The notes under the pieces: model-generated
The model's input: the letters and a program-made list of their open reading frames with translations, nothing else
What the model was told of the DNA's origin: nothing
Database searches by the model: none
In this document: one piece after another, positions 33,901-43,834 of the stretch
Layout of the letters: every line of letters starts with the position of its first letter
How positions within the stretch are numbered: position 1 is the first letter of the stretch
Program-made: the position numbers and the translations under genes
NCBI GenBank assembly: GCA_965240325.2
Contig: OZ251236.1
Span: forward strand, 1,364,001 to 1,428,000
Length of the DNA: 64,000 bases
Direction: 5' to 3'
Source of the DNA: Rebecca billardiae RCC1528
Lineage: Eukaryota; Protista; Haptophyta

Positions 33901-35497
33901 GTGCAGTCGACGCGGCGCAGGCCGTCGCTCGTGCGCGCCGGCGCCGGCGGCTCGCGCGGCAGCTCGCCGCGCGCCATGTCTGCGCAGCCGGCGCCAGACC
34001 CGCCGCGCGCGGGCGCGCAGGTGCGCTCGGCCTGGAGCTGTGCGGAGCCGTCCGCGAGCACGCGGCTCCACGTGCTGTCGCCGCCCGTGACGCTCCCCGG
34101 CTCGCCGCGCCCGCCGAGCACGCCGGGCGGCCCTGAGGACGACTCGGGCGAGGGCGCCTCCATGGCCGTGCAGTCCATCGGCGGAGGATCCAGATCCGCC
34201 TCTCCGCCGCCCGCGATTGGCGCGGACGCGTCCACGGTCGCGTCGCGCACGCCCGCGCCCGCACCCGGAGGCGCCCCGGGCACGCCCGACTGGCGGCGCG
34301 AGCGGAGCGACCGGGTGAACACGCCCGCCGGGTCGACGGGCGCGCCCGGGTCCGGCGGCTCCGAGCCATCCGCCCGCACGCCCAAGGGGACCGTGAGGCC
34401 GCCTCAGCGCCAGCCGCGGCCCTCGGCGGGGCGCGAGCCTCGGCCGTCGGGAGAGCGCGCGCCGCGCATCTCGCGCCCCTCCCGCACCTCCATGGTCGAC
34501 GACATCCCCGTCGAGCAGCGCGACAAGGTGGTGGCGGTCGCGATGGAGTCGCGCCGCCGCGCCGAGGCGGCCGAGGCGCGCGGCCTCTCCTCGTACATCG
34601 TCACCGAGCGCGAGCTGAACGATCTGTGGCGCGCCTTCTGCAAGTACGACAAGGACAAGTCTGGCACGCTCGCGGCGACCGAGCTGCGCAGCCTAATGGC
34701 GAGCCTCGGCATGCACCTCTCGCCCGAGCAGGCGGAGATGTGCGCGCCGCGCCGCGCGCCGCCGCGCCGCCTCGCCTCCGCCGCGCGCCGCGCCGCCGCG
34801 CACCTGCCTCCCGCCCGCCCGCCCGCCCACCCACCTCTCGCTGAGCCGTCCGCGCCCGGCCGCGCGCGCGCACGCGCAACCTGCGCGCAGGGTGCGCGGC
34901 CAGCTCGACCAGAGCAACTCGGGCGGCATCAACTTCGCCGAGCTGCTCGAGTGGTACACGGATCGCATGGGGGTGCGTGCGCGGCGCGCGGCGCGGCCGC
35001 GCTGAGCGCCTGCAGCACTGCGCGCGCGCACGGCGCCCCGAGCCCCGCCTCTCCGACTGACGCGCGCGCCGTCCGCGCCGCCCCCGCCCTGGGCGCAGGC
35101 GTTTGAGGAGGCGGAGGCGGAGCGGCGCGCCAAGCGCTCCAAGCTGCGCGTGATCTGGGAGGACAAGCTCAAGCTGCCGCGCATGGCCAAGATCGTGCTC
35201 GCGTGGCTCTCCTGCTGGACCCTCTTCGCCGTGTGCGCGTGGCTGTCGATCAGCTTCGCCATCGTGTTCGGGGAGGCGCGCTTCAACGCGCTCGTGCAGT
35301 CGTGGGGCATCGCGCTCTCGCAGACGTTTGTCGTCGAGGAGCCGTGCATCATCTGGATCTACCTCGCCATCCCTCTCATCCTTGACCGGCTCACGTCGAA
35401 CGACTTCACCGCTGAGCTCGTCAACGAATGCCTCTCCAGCGGCATCGGCTCCGCCATCGGCAAGTGCTTCAGCCTGTGCAAGGACTTGAGCGCGTGA
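15970..35497 (+). CDS. Giant (~6416 aa) polycystin-1-like/GPS surface receptor with TMEM132-like, cohesin, dockerin, extensin-like, IPT, REJ, EGF and EF-hand modules; join(15970..34739,34891..34972,35099..35497)
   Basis: Signal peptide MWLLVVFAAALSAA, an 18.8-kb open frame and GPS motif CHFWD..WSTDGC...CACTHLTEF. Two GT-AG introns restore a second EF-hand (LDQSNSGGINFAEL) and join the terminal 2-TM exon in frame. Confidence 0.9.
22225..24260 (+). repeat. Coding minisatellite: ~40+ copies of a 24-bp unit (SVPPPPPP), then SPPP-type repeats
   Basis: agcgtgccgccgccgccgccgccg tandem array 22288-23320, followed by an (SPPP)n/(SPPPP)n extensin-like tract. Confidence 0.95.
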
Positions 35498-35572
35498 TAG
35501 CAGCAGCAGACTAGCAGTAGTAGTCGTAGCAGCAGTAGAGGCGTGCGCGCTGCGATGATGATGATGATATAG

Positions 35573-35608
<36 letters not shown>
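35573..35608. repeat. (CT)n microsatellite between convergent genes
   Basis: Interrupted CT run. Confidence 0.85.
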
Positions 35609-35609
<1 letters not shown>

Positions 35610-35857
35610 GATGCTCTCTCGATCTCTTGTCTCTCTCCGTCTCTGCTCTCCGTCTCTCTCTGACTCTCACCATCTCTCTCTCCGTGGTTACTCTCAGTAC
35701 GGCCGTACGGGTGAGTACGGCTGCTGATGACTCTCGTCGTGTAGTGCCCGCCGTGATGAAATCGATCTAGTAGACTATCGACGAGACGAAGTAAACTGTA
35801 GCGTCGTAGTTGATGTACCCGGGCCTCTCAGAGTCAGACGATGATGATGATGATTCA

Positions 35858-37893
35858 TCAGGCTGCAAAGCTATCTGGGGTCTTGCCGACACCACCGGCC
35901 AGCGAGTGAACGGCGCGGGCGGCGTCAAGGGCGAGCTTGTCTGCGAGCTGCTGCGTCGCGGCCTCAGCGTAGATGCGCACGACGTCCTCCGTGCCCGATG
36001 GGCGGGCGAAGCAGCGCCCGCTCGGGGTTGCCGCCATCAGCCGCTCGAGCTCGGCCCGGAGTGCAGGCGGGGCGAGTACGCTCGCCTCGTCCTCGCTGCA
36101 GACGACCACCTGCGCCCGCACGCGCGCGCGCATGCCGTCGGATGTGACGGTGGCGCGAGGGCCGCGCGCAAAACTCCGGCCACGCGAGCCCACGCGCGCG
36201 TCGCGCGGGGCCGCGCGCGCCGCGCGCGCACCGTCCGGTCGGCAACCGGCAGCTTGGTCTGCCGCGAGGGCAGGTCCTCGTACAGCGCGTCCCACGCGCC
36301 CACGCCCCAGCGCAGCCGACGAAGCACGGCGTCCACGGCCAGCATGTCGCTGAGCGCGTCGCCCACGGCCTGCGCGGCGCGCGGCGCGGGGCGCGTCAGC
36401 GGCGGCGAGGGCTCGGCGCGCGGCCGCGCGGCCGTGTGCGCCCACAGCCACCGCGCACACACCTGGTTGATCAGCCTGTGCGCGGCGAGGAGCGTGCGCG
36501 CGGCGGCGGCGCGTGCCGACGCATCGCGGTCGGCGCTCGCGCCGCCCGCGCCCGCGGCGGCGACACGGGTGAGCCGCTCGAGCAGCCGCTCGGAGAAGAG
36601 CACCGTGCCATGGCCGTTCGCCTCAAAGTAGACGGCCAGGTCGAAGGCCAGCGCGCAGTGGTGCAGGAACTTGACCCCCGTCTTGGCCACGGCGATGTGC
36701 ACGCCCTGCGAGCGCAGGTACGCGCTCGATGCGCCGTTCGCGTACGCCGTCTGGACGACGGCCATCGTGGGCGCGTCGGCGTCGGCTGCGGGCGGCGTCG
36801 AGGTGCCGAGCAGCCCCGCGCGCGCCAGCTGCTCGCGCAGGAACGACGCGAGCAGCGCCGCCATCTTGTCCCCGTCCAGCAGCCGCCACTGCCCCGCCTC
36901 CCCGTACGTGTGGAAGACGACGCGGTCCGCGTCGCCGTCGAGCGAGCACGCGCGCCCGCCGGGCTCGAGCGCGGCCGCGGTGTCGAGGGAGCGCGGCGGC
37001 GTGCGCGACTTCTGGACGTGCTCCGCGCCGCACCCCGCGTTGAGCGCGCCCTCGCCGGGCCGGTTCACCACGATCAGCTCGGGCGCGGCGTCGCTGTGCC
37101 CGCCGCCGCCGCCGTGCGCGCCCTCACGCTCGTGCTCAGCGCCCAGGGCCTCGCGCAGCGCCTCGGCGAGCGGCGCAATCTTGAGCGCGCCCACGCCGCA
37201 CGCGCCGTCGACGTGCAGCGGCGTGGGCGGCGCGGCGGGCGACGAGGCGTCCGCGCGGAGCAGCTCCGCGTACGCGCCCGCGAGCATGCGGAAGTAGCCC
37301 GCTTCGCCACACCACTCTGGGCGGCCCCAGAAGCGCCCGGCTGCGGCCTCGCCGTTGGCCATGCGCACGGCGTGGTGGAGCTGCGGTGTGGTGAGCACGC
37401 CGAAGCTGGAGACCTGCGCGCCGCAGAGCTCCGCACCGCGCGACGCGAGAGCGGCGAGCCGCTCGCTGCTGGGCCGCGTGTCCCACGCGAGGAACACGCG
37501 CGGCGCCGGCTGCGCGCTCGCAGCCGCATCGGCGCTCCCGCCGATGCCCGCGAGCACAGTGGCGACCTGGTCGTCCGGTGCGTTGGCCAGCGCCTCGCAG
37601 TGCGCCTCCCAGCTCTGCGCGAGCATGCCCCCGTCCGGATCGACGAGCTTCACGCCATTGTCCGGCTCGGCATTGTGCGACGCGGTGACGACGAGGCCGA
37701 CTGCCAGCCCGAGCGTGCGCGAGCGCGCGGCCGCGAGCATGCCCATGCGCAGCAGCGTCGAGTCGAGCAGGGAGGCGCGCGTGCGGAAGCCGGCCACGCC
37801 ATAGCGCAGCTGCACGTCCTTCGGCCGCGGGAACGCGCGCGCCGCCGACGCCACGTCGACGACGCCGCTGAAGTCGAGGCCCTCCACAGCCAT
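35858..37893 (-). CDS. PGM3: Phosphoacetylglucosamine mutase; complement(join(35858..36109,36232..36369,36463..37893))
   Basis: YGVAGFR, TASHNAEPDNGVK, TTPQLHH, DGDADR, VQTAYANG, TGVKFLHH, YFEANGHGT, INQ|AVGDALSD and RPSGTEDVVRIYAEA. Two phase-0 GT-AG introns give 606 aa. Confidence 0.96.
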
Positions 37894-37939
37894 CGTGATT
37901 GGCCGGTGCTCGCCTCCGAAGGAAGCGGCCCGGCCGGCA

Positions 37940-39397
37940 ATGGCCGTGTGGCTGGCCCTCGCAGTGCTGCTGGCGTCACGCCCGGCCGCGACACCACGCA
38001 CTCTGGGCGCGCGCGCCAGCTCCGGCCAGGTCGGGGTCGGATACACCTCGCGGCGACCGCGCACGCGCCACGCGGCGCTGCTGTGCGATGGTGGAGGACG
38101 AGTCGCTGCCGCTTCGGTCGCCGACGTGCTGCGTGCCGCCGGAGTGGACGCGGCGCGCGTGCTCGAGGCAGCGCCGGAGCTGCAGCAGCTCAACGTGCGC
38201 GACGTGCGCGACTCTCTCGACTTTGTCGAGCGCTACGTCGGCGGCGCTCGGCTGCCGCAGTTCGTCCTCAAGCACCCATACGCGCTGCACTGGGCGGCGG
38301 GCGCGATTGAGAAGCTGCTGAGCGATGAGCTCGGCTGCGGCCCCGCGGAGATCTCGCGGCTGCTGCGCGGCGCGAACTTTTTGCTCGCGCCGGCGGCCAC
38401 GGACGCCGCGCTCGAGGTCGTGCGCTTCCTGCGCGACGAGCTCGAGCTCGGCGCCGAGCGCACGCGCGCGGCCGTCCTCCGGTTCCCGCGCGTGCTCACC
38501 CTCCCGGTCTCACGCGCGCACGCGGGCGGAGCGCAGGCGGCGGCGCGTGGAGGCGGCGGCGGGGCGGGCGCGGGGGCACAGCCTGTCGGCAGCACGCTGC
38601 GCGAGCGCGTCGCCTTCCTGCGCGACGCCGGCCTCACCGACCGCGGCGCGCTCGCGCGCGCGCTGTGCCGCCACCCGCAGCTGCTCGGGCTGGACGTGGC
38701 GGCCAACCTGCGCCCCACGTGCGCCTTCTACGCGGCGCTGGGCGTGCGCGTGGAGCGGCTGCTGTGCGCGCACCCGCAGGCGCTCTCGCTCAGCCTCGAG
38801 GCCAACGTCGCGCCCAAGGTCGCCTTCTGGACCTCCGTCGGCGTGCCGGACGTGGGCGCGCTCGTCTCGGCGCATCCCGTCGTGCTCTCACTCTCGCTCG
38901 CGGCCAACCTCGAGCCCAAGACGCGCTACCTGCAGGGGCTGGGCATCGGCGGGCTGGGCCGCGCGCTGCAGGCGTACCCGCAGGTGTACACGCTCTCGCT
39001 CGCCGCGAACATCGCGCCCACCGTCGAGTTCCTCCGCCGGTGCGGGTACGACGTGGGTAAGGAGCTGCGGCTGCGGCACCTGGCCGCGTCGCTGCCCAAG
39101 CGCATCGTGCCTCGGTACGAGTTGTGGCGGCGCACGCCGCCGCGCGTGGCGAGCTGGCGGCCATCGATCCCCGAGCTGTGCGTGCTCGGCACGGCCGCGT
39201 TCTGCGCGCGCCTCGGCGTCGAGCAGTCCGCGCTCGCCGAGCTCGAGCGCGCCATCGGCCCGGTGGTGCGCGAGCTCGCCAAGGTGGACCCCGACGCGCT
39301 CGTGCAAGCGTTTGCTCACGAGGAGCCCGAGTGGGAGTGGGAGGGGGACGGCCGGTCTGCGCGCGCACCGCCGAGCGAGCAGGGCGCGCCGTCGTGA
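37940..39397 (+). CDS. mTERF-family repeat protein, probably plastid-targeted
   Basis: Repeats HPQLLGLDVAANLRP, HPQALSLSLEANVAPK, HPVVLSLSLAANLEPK and YPQVYTLSLAANIAP, terminal SLPKRIVPRY. N-terminal signal peptide plus an Arg/Ser-rich segment. Confidence 0.88.
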   Translation: MAVWLALAVLLASRPAATPRTLGARASSGQVGVGYTSRRPRTRHAALLCDGGGRVAAASVADVLRAAGVDAARVLEAAPELQQLNVRDVRDSLDFVERYVGGARLPQFVLKHPYALHWAAGAIEKLLSDELGCGPAEISRLLRGANFLLAPAATDAALEVVRFLRDELELGAERTRAAVLRFPRVLTLPVSRAHAGGAQAAARGGGGGAGAGAQPVGSTLRERVAFLRDAGLTDRGALARALCRHPQLLGLDVAANLRPTCAFYAALGVRVERLLCAHPQALSLSLEANVAPKVAFWTSVGVPDVGALVSAHPVVLSLSLAANLEPKTRYLQGLGIGGLGRALQAYPQVYTLSLAANIAPTVEFLRRCGYDVGKELRLRHLAASLPKRIVPRYELWRRTPPRVASWRPSIPELCVLGTAAFCARLGVEQSALAELERAIGPVVRELAKVDPDALVQAFAHEEPEWEWEGDGRSARAPPSEQGAPS

Positions 39398-39721
39398 GGC
39401 GGCGGACTCGCGCAGTGGTGAAAGGGCGATGGCTGCGACCGCGTCGCGTTGACAGTCTTACATATTCATGCTATCGACAATCGACCACCACCAGGGCCAG
39501 GGCAAAGGGCGCTCTTCAATTCAAGCAGGGGCCAGAGCCAGAGGCAGAGAGAGAGGGGGTCCACAGCCGTGTGAGAGTGTCCGAGGGGAGGGAGCGTTTG
39601 CCCGGAAAAGACACGCCGAGGATCCCGCGGAATATTCTTTCATCAGCCTGACGTGCCACTTATTTGCGAGTAGGGCGGCGGTGATCAACAACTCAAGCAA
39701 CGTCCGCCCGCGCCCGTCCAG

Positions 39722-40540
39722 ATGGGGCCCATCCTGTGCCGCCGGCTGCGCGTGAGCTGGCTCCACCTCCTTGGCCTCACACTGCTCGTCACAGCTGTGA
39801 CGTTGGCTCTTCCTATCATGGCACGTCCGTTCAAGGGCCGCCACCCTGATGTCGTGTCAGAATATGATTCTGCTGCCGCAACATACGACACGAGGTGGCG
39901 CGTGTATGTGAATGAGACTGTGGAGCGCACCCTGCAGCTCGCGCTCCCCGCGCTGCTGGAGCTCCAATGTGGGGACGCGTGCTCTGTGATTGATGTTGGA
40001 TGCGGTACCGGGGCCTTCTCAGCCGCGCTGCGTGCGCGCTTTCCCACGTGGACGTTCAAGTGCTCCGACCCGTGTCCGCTGATGCTCGAGCGCGCAGAAG
40101 CAAAGGACCTGCACATCGTCGAGGCGCCCGCCGAGAGCTTGCCTTTCGCCGACGGTACGTTTGATCTAGCTACCAGTGTCTCGTCCTTTCATTTCTGGCG
40201 GGATCGGCGTGCTGGCCTGCGCGAGGTGGCCCGCGTGCTGAAGCCGGGTTCTGGTCTCTTCGTGGCCACTGACTGGAATGCGGATTATTTCAGCATCCGC
40301 GCCCTCAGCCGCTGGTTGCTGCTGGCAGGATACCCGGCGGAGGACGCGGATGTGCTCTCTCTGCCAATGGCGCACGACCTCATCACGAAAGCGGGCTTTG
40401 CCGTCGTACGCGCCGAATCGTACACGCTTGTGAACGGGCGCATGCGGCCCCTGGGCGCCGCTGTGCCCATCGGGCCTCGATGGGGCATGTTTACCGTGGT
40501 GGCGACGACTGCGTCTCCGCCCAGCGCCGCCGAGCTGTAG
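39722..40540 (+). CDS. Class I SAM-dependent methyltransferase (Methyltransf_11/UbiE-like) with N-terminal membrane anchor
   Basis: VIDVGCGTG, AESLPFADGTFDL, SFHFW and LREVARVLKPG. Confidence 0.9.
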   Translation: MGPILCRRLRVSWLHLLGLTLLVTAVTLALPIMARPFKGRHPDVVSEYDSAAATYDTRWRVYVNETVERTLQLALPALLELQCGDACSVIDVGCGTGAFSAALRARFPTWTFKCSDPCPLMLERAEAKDLHIVEAPAESLPFADGTFDLATSVSSFHFWRDRRAGLREVARVLKPGSGLFVATDWNADYFSIRALSRWLLLAGYPAEDADVLSLPMAHDLITKAGFAVVRAESYTLVNGRMRPLGAAVPIGPRWGMFTVVATTASPPSAAEL

Positions 40541-41096
40541 CTCATTTCTCGTATGCTGTCTTTGAATGCGCCGCTGCCCGCCATGACGATCGGCGTCGCG
40601 GACTGCGGGCGAATGGCTCATTGGCTCAATCTACGACTACGGCAGACTGACTGCGAGTAGTACTTGTACTATTATTATAAGCACTGCTAGTTTACTGCTA
40701 GCTGCTACCGGTGCGAGATTCTGTGAGCTCAGAGCAGATTTCAGAGTCCTGAGATCGATCGACTCTGCTGACATCCGCGCGGAGAGTGATGTCTGATGTG
40801 AGAAGTGACGACTGACGATGAGTCCGTTATGATGATTGATGCGCGCTCGGACTTGGCCCGGACCGGCGCCGGCCGGCAGCTGCTTATTCAGTCATCGGTG
40901 AGTGCCAGTCGGCCAGTCCGGCAGCACCCGTGCCGCGTTTCGCGAAATAACGTAGTCATCGCCGCCGCCAGTCAGCATCGGACCGGACAACCCGCGTGAT
41001 GGCACGTGTGAGTGTCATGTGACGTGATGCTGCTGCCTGCTGTCAGTGCTCGGAGTAGCTGCTCAATATCTCACTCTCTCAGTCTCTCTCTACTGT

Positions 41097-41233
<137 letters not shown>

Positions 41234-41590
41234 CTCAGCTACTGATTCTGAGTGCCGGTCGATCGTACAGCAGTAGTCATTTTCTGACGTGTGCGAGTGT
41301 GCGACGTGACTATCTACGTACGGTCTCAGTGATGATGACGACGCGTGTAAACTGTAAAAGTGACTAAACTGTGGGCCAACGGTAGTGTGGGCACCGCTTA
41401 GCGGCCGTACGCGTGTTGAGCCCCCGCGAGCCCGGGGCCGGCAGGCACCCCGTGGCCCGCAGTCGCGGACGACGACGACCCGATGCCGATGGCCGATTCG
41501 ATAGCGGATCGGATTATCGCGCGCATTGTCAGTCCGACCCCGCCTGCTGGCACGGCTTCGCACGGCTAGTATCATCATATATCAGTCAGG

Positions 41591-43834
41591 TCATCGCGAA
41601 GTCCCTGCTGCATCGTCAGCAGTGATGGGCAGCCCTTCGTGCAGCTTGAGCCGTTGGGCAAGCGCGGCCTTGTTGCCCGTCCTGGGCAGGCCGCGGCTGA
41701 CGAGCGCAGCCTTCAGCTCGCGCACGAGCATGGCGTCGATCGCTGGCGCGGAGAGCGGGGCTGTGAGTCTCGCGCCAGAGTCGTCAGCGACAGCGGCAGC
41801 TCCCGCCTCACCACGCCGCGTCGGGGCTCCACCGTCCGGCGGACCGCCGCCCTCGCTGAGCGCGAGGCGCACAAAGGCGCGGTGCAGCTCGACCATCGCG
41901 CGCGTGTCGAGCGCGCAGTACTCGAGCAGCTCCCGGCGCACGCGCTCGACAGCCTCCGCGCCCAGCTCCCCGCTGCTGAGGGAGGCGAACGCGACGGCCG
42001 CCGTGCCGCCGTCCCCGATCGCGTCCCTCGCGTACGCGCCCTCGACGTGCGGCGCGAGCGTGGGCAGGGCGACCTTGAGCGAGCTGCGCCCGCGCATGCG
42101 CGCGTGCGACACGCCGTTGCGCACGACGGGCTCGAGGTCGAGCAGCCGCGACACCACCTCGGCGCAGCGCGCGCGGTGCTCGGGGAAGAGCTCGGCCAGC
42201 TTCCGCAGCTGCGTCGCCTCGTACGGCGAGTAGACGACAATCGGACCGCTCGAGCCGAGAGCGTCGAGCAGCTGCTCGAGCAGCTCGCGCCGGCAGTCGC
42301 GCGCGCCCTCAGAGAGGTGCTCTGAGTGCTCGAGCACCCACGGGCTGGGCTGCCCGCTCGCGCCGCGCAGCGCGTCCGGCGCGAACGGGCCGCGCGCGCC
42401 GTGCGCGTCCATGTGCGCGCACGCGCGCTCGAGCACGTCCAGCATGGCCGCGGACTCGCCCTCGGGCGCAGGCGCGGCCGAGCCCGAGCCCGGGCCCGGC
42501 GCGCGTGCGCGCAGCGCGTGCAGCGAGTACTGCGTGAGTACCGTCTCGAACGGCGCGAGCGAGGGGAAGGGGGGCACGATGGAGGACGCCGCCTCGAAGT
42601 CGAGGTAGTACAGCGGCGGGCGGAGCTTGCCGAGCGCCTGCGCCAGCGGCTGGCGCGCGTCCACGTGCACGGCGGCGGCGTCGCCGCGCAGCACGGCGCG
42701 CCGGAAGCGCGCCTGCGCCGCTGTGAGCAGACGCTCAGCGTCCGCGCCCAGCGCCGCCACCTCGAGGCCGGGCGTGATCTCGGCGATCTCCTCGAAGCGG
42801 CGCTGGCTGATGCGAGGGAGCTCCCACAAGGGATGCTCCAGCCCCGCGCCGGCGCATGCATCAACCGCCGGGCAGCTCTTGCACGCCACGGCAGCGACGA
42901 CGGGTGGTGGCTCCTCGGCAGCCGTCACCGCCTCCGCCCATTCGACCGAGCCCACAGCCGCGGCGGCACTGACGGCCAGCGCGCCCTCGGCCGCACCGGC
43001 CTCCTCGCCCGGCGCCGGCGGCGCGATGACAGTGCTGATTCGCTCGAGCACCTCCTCGGTCATGTCTACCGCCGCATACAGCGGCGTCGCTCCCTCCTGC
43101 GCCGCAAGCGCGCCGCCCGCCACGTCGAGCGTCGCGCCGCGCTGCCCGGCCACCCCCAGCCGCTCTGGGTCGGTCTCCAGCCTGTACTCGGGGTTGACGG
43201 CGTACAGGTAGGCACGGCGCACCGGGAGGCCGCTCTCGCGCGCGACGTGCACGGTGAACGCCAGGTCGGGCACCTTGGCCTGCGCGTTCGAGGCGAGCAC
43301 GGACTTGACCTCAACCACGTCCCAGCCGTGCTCGCCATCGATGCTCGCGCGCTTCGGCGCGTCGAGCGCTTCGTGTGCCCTGTGCGGGTGGCCTGCCCCA
43401 CCCTCGCCGAGCGGCGGTAAGAGCACCGCGTCGGCGCGCACTATGCAGTCGTCGATACTGAAGGTGGCCTGCGCGATGGCTGTGGACACCGTCCCGTCCG
43501 CGTGCCGCGCTTGCTCGGCGTCCCAGACTCGCTCAGCCGTCTCCATGGCGGCTTCTCTCCCCGTGAGAGTACTCGGCAGCTCGACCGAGTGGACGGCGGG
43601 CAGGGCACGACCTAGCACGTACGCTTCGAAGCGCTGCCCCTGCTCGGCAAGGTGCTCCTGCTGCGCGCTCGGTGGGGGCATGTGCTGCCGGCGGCGGACG
43701 TACCAACCCAGCCTCGGGCACTTGGCCGCCGCAAGGTATGCCGCCTTGGTGAACGGGCCGGCGGGCCTAGCACACTCGACCGCCGCGGTCGCCGCGGAGA
43801 GGGACAGCAGTCTGTGCCACGCCGCCATAACCAT
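41591..43834 (-). CDS. DUF2779-type predicted nuclease (Cas4/RecB-like PD-(D/E)xK plus RNase H-like domain) with C-terminal SAP domain
   Basis: FTKAAYL..KCPRLGW, RADAV...VVEVKS, CKSCPAVDAC, PLYYLDFE..PF..QYSLH, SSLKVALP, LLEYCALDTRAM and SAP LVRELKAALVSRGLPRTGNKAALAQRL. Intronless; likely ATG 43834 or 43828. Confidence 0.85.
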   Translation of the reverse strand: MVMAAWHRLLSLSAATAAVECARPAGPFTKAAYLAAAKCPRLGWYVRRRQHMPPPSAQQEHLAEQGQRFEAYVLGRALPAVHSVELPSTLTGREAAMETAERVWDAEQARHADGTVSTAIAQATFSIDDCIVRADAVLLPPLGEGGAGHPHRAHEALDAPKRASIDGEHGWDVVEVKSVLASNAQAKVPDLAFTVHVARESGLPVRRAYLYAVNPEYRLETDPERLGVAGQRGATLDVAGGALAAQEGATPLYAAVDMTEEVLERISTVIAPPAPGEEAGAAEGALAVSAAAAVGSVEWAEAVTAAEEPPPVVAAVACKSCPAVDACAGAGLEHPLWELPRISQRRFEEIAEITPGLEVAALGADAERLLTAAQARFRRAVLRGDAAAVHVDARQPLAQALGKLRPPLYYLDFEAASSIVPPFPSLAPFETVLTQYSLHALRARAPGPGSGSAAPAPEGESAAMLDVLERACAHMDAHGARGPFAPDALRGASGQPSPWVLEHSEHLSEGARDCRRELLEQLLDALGSSGPIVVYSPYEATQLRKLAELFPEHRARCAEVVSRLLDLEPVVRNGVSHARMRGRSSLKVALPTLAPHVEGAYARDAIGDGGTAAVAFASLSSGELGAEAVERVRRELLEYCALDTRAMVELHRAFVRLALSEGGGPPDGGAPTRRGEAGAAAVADDSGARLTAPLSAPAIDAMLVRELKAALVSRGLPRTGNKAALAQRLKLHEGLPITADDAAGTSR

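Noticed and set aside
15954-34385. Long antisense and alternate-frame ORFs over the giant gene (e.g. 21696-24461 Gly-rich, 23665-29370, 26157-30800)
   Set aside because: Shadow ORFs caused by extreme GC3 and stop-codon scarcity; the products are Arg/Ala/Gly-rich with no motifs.
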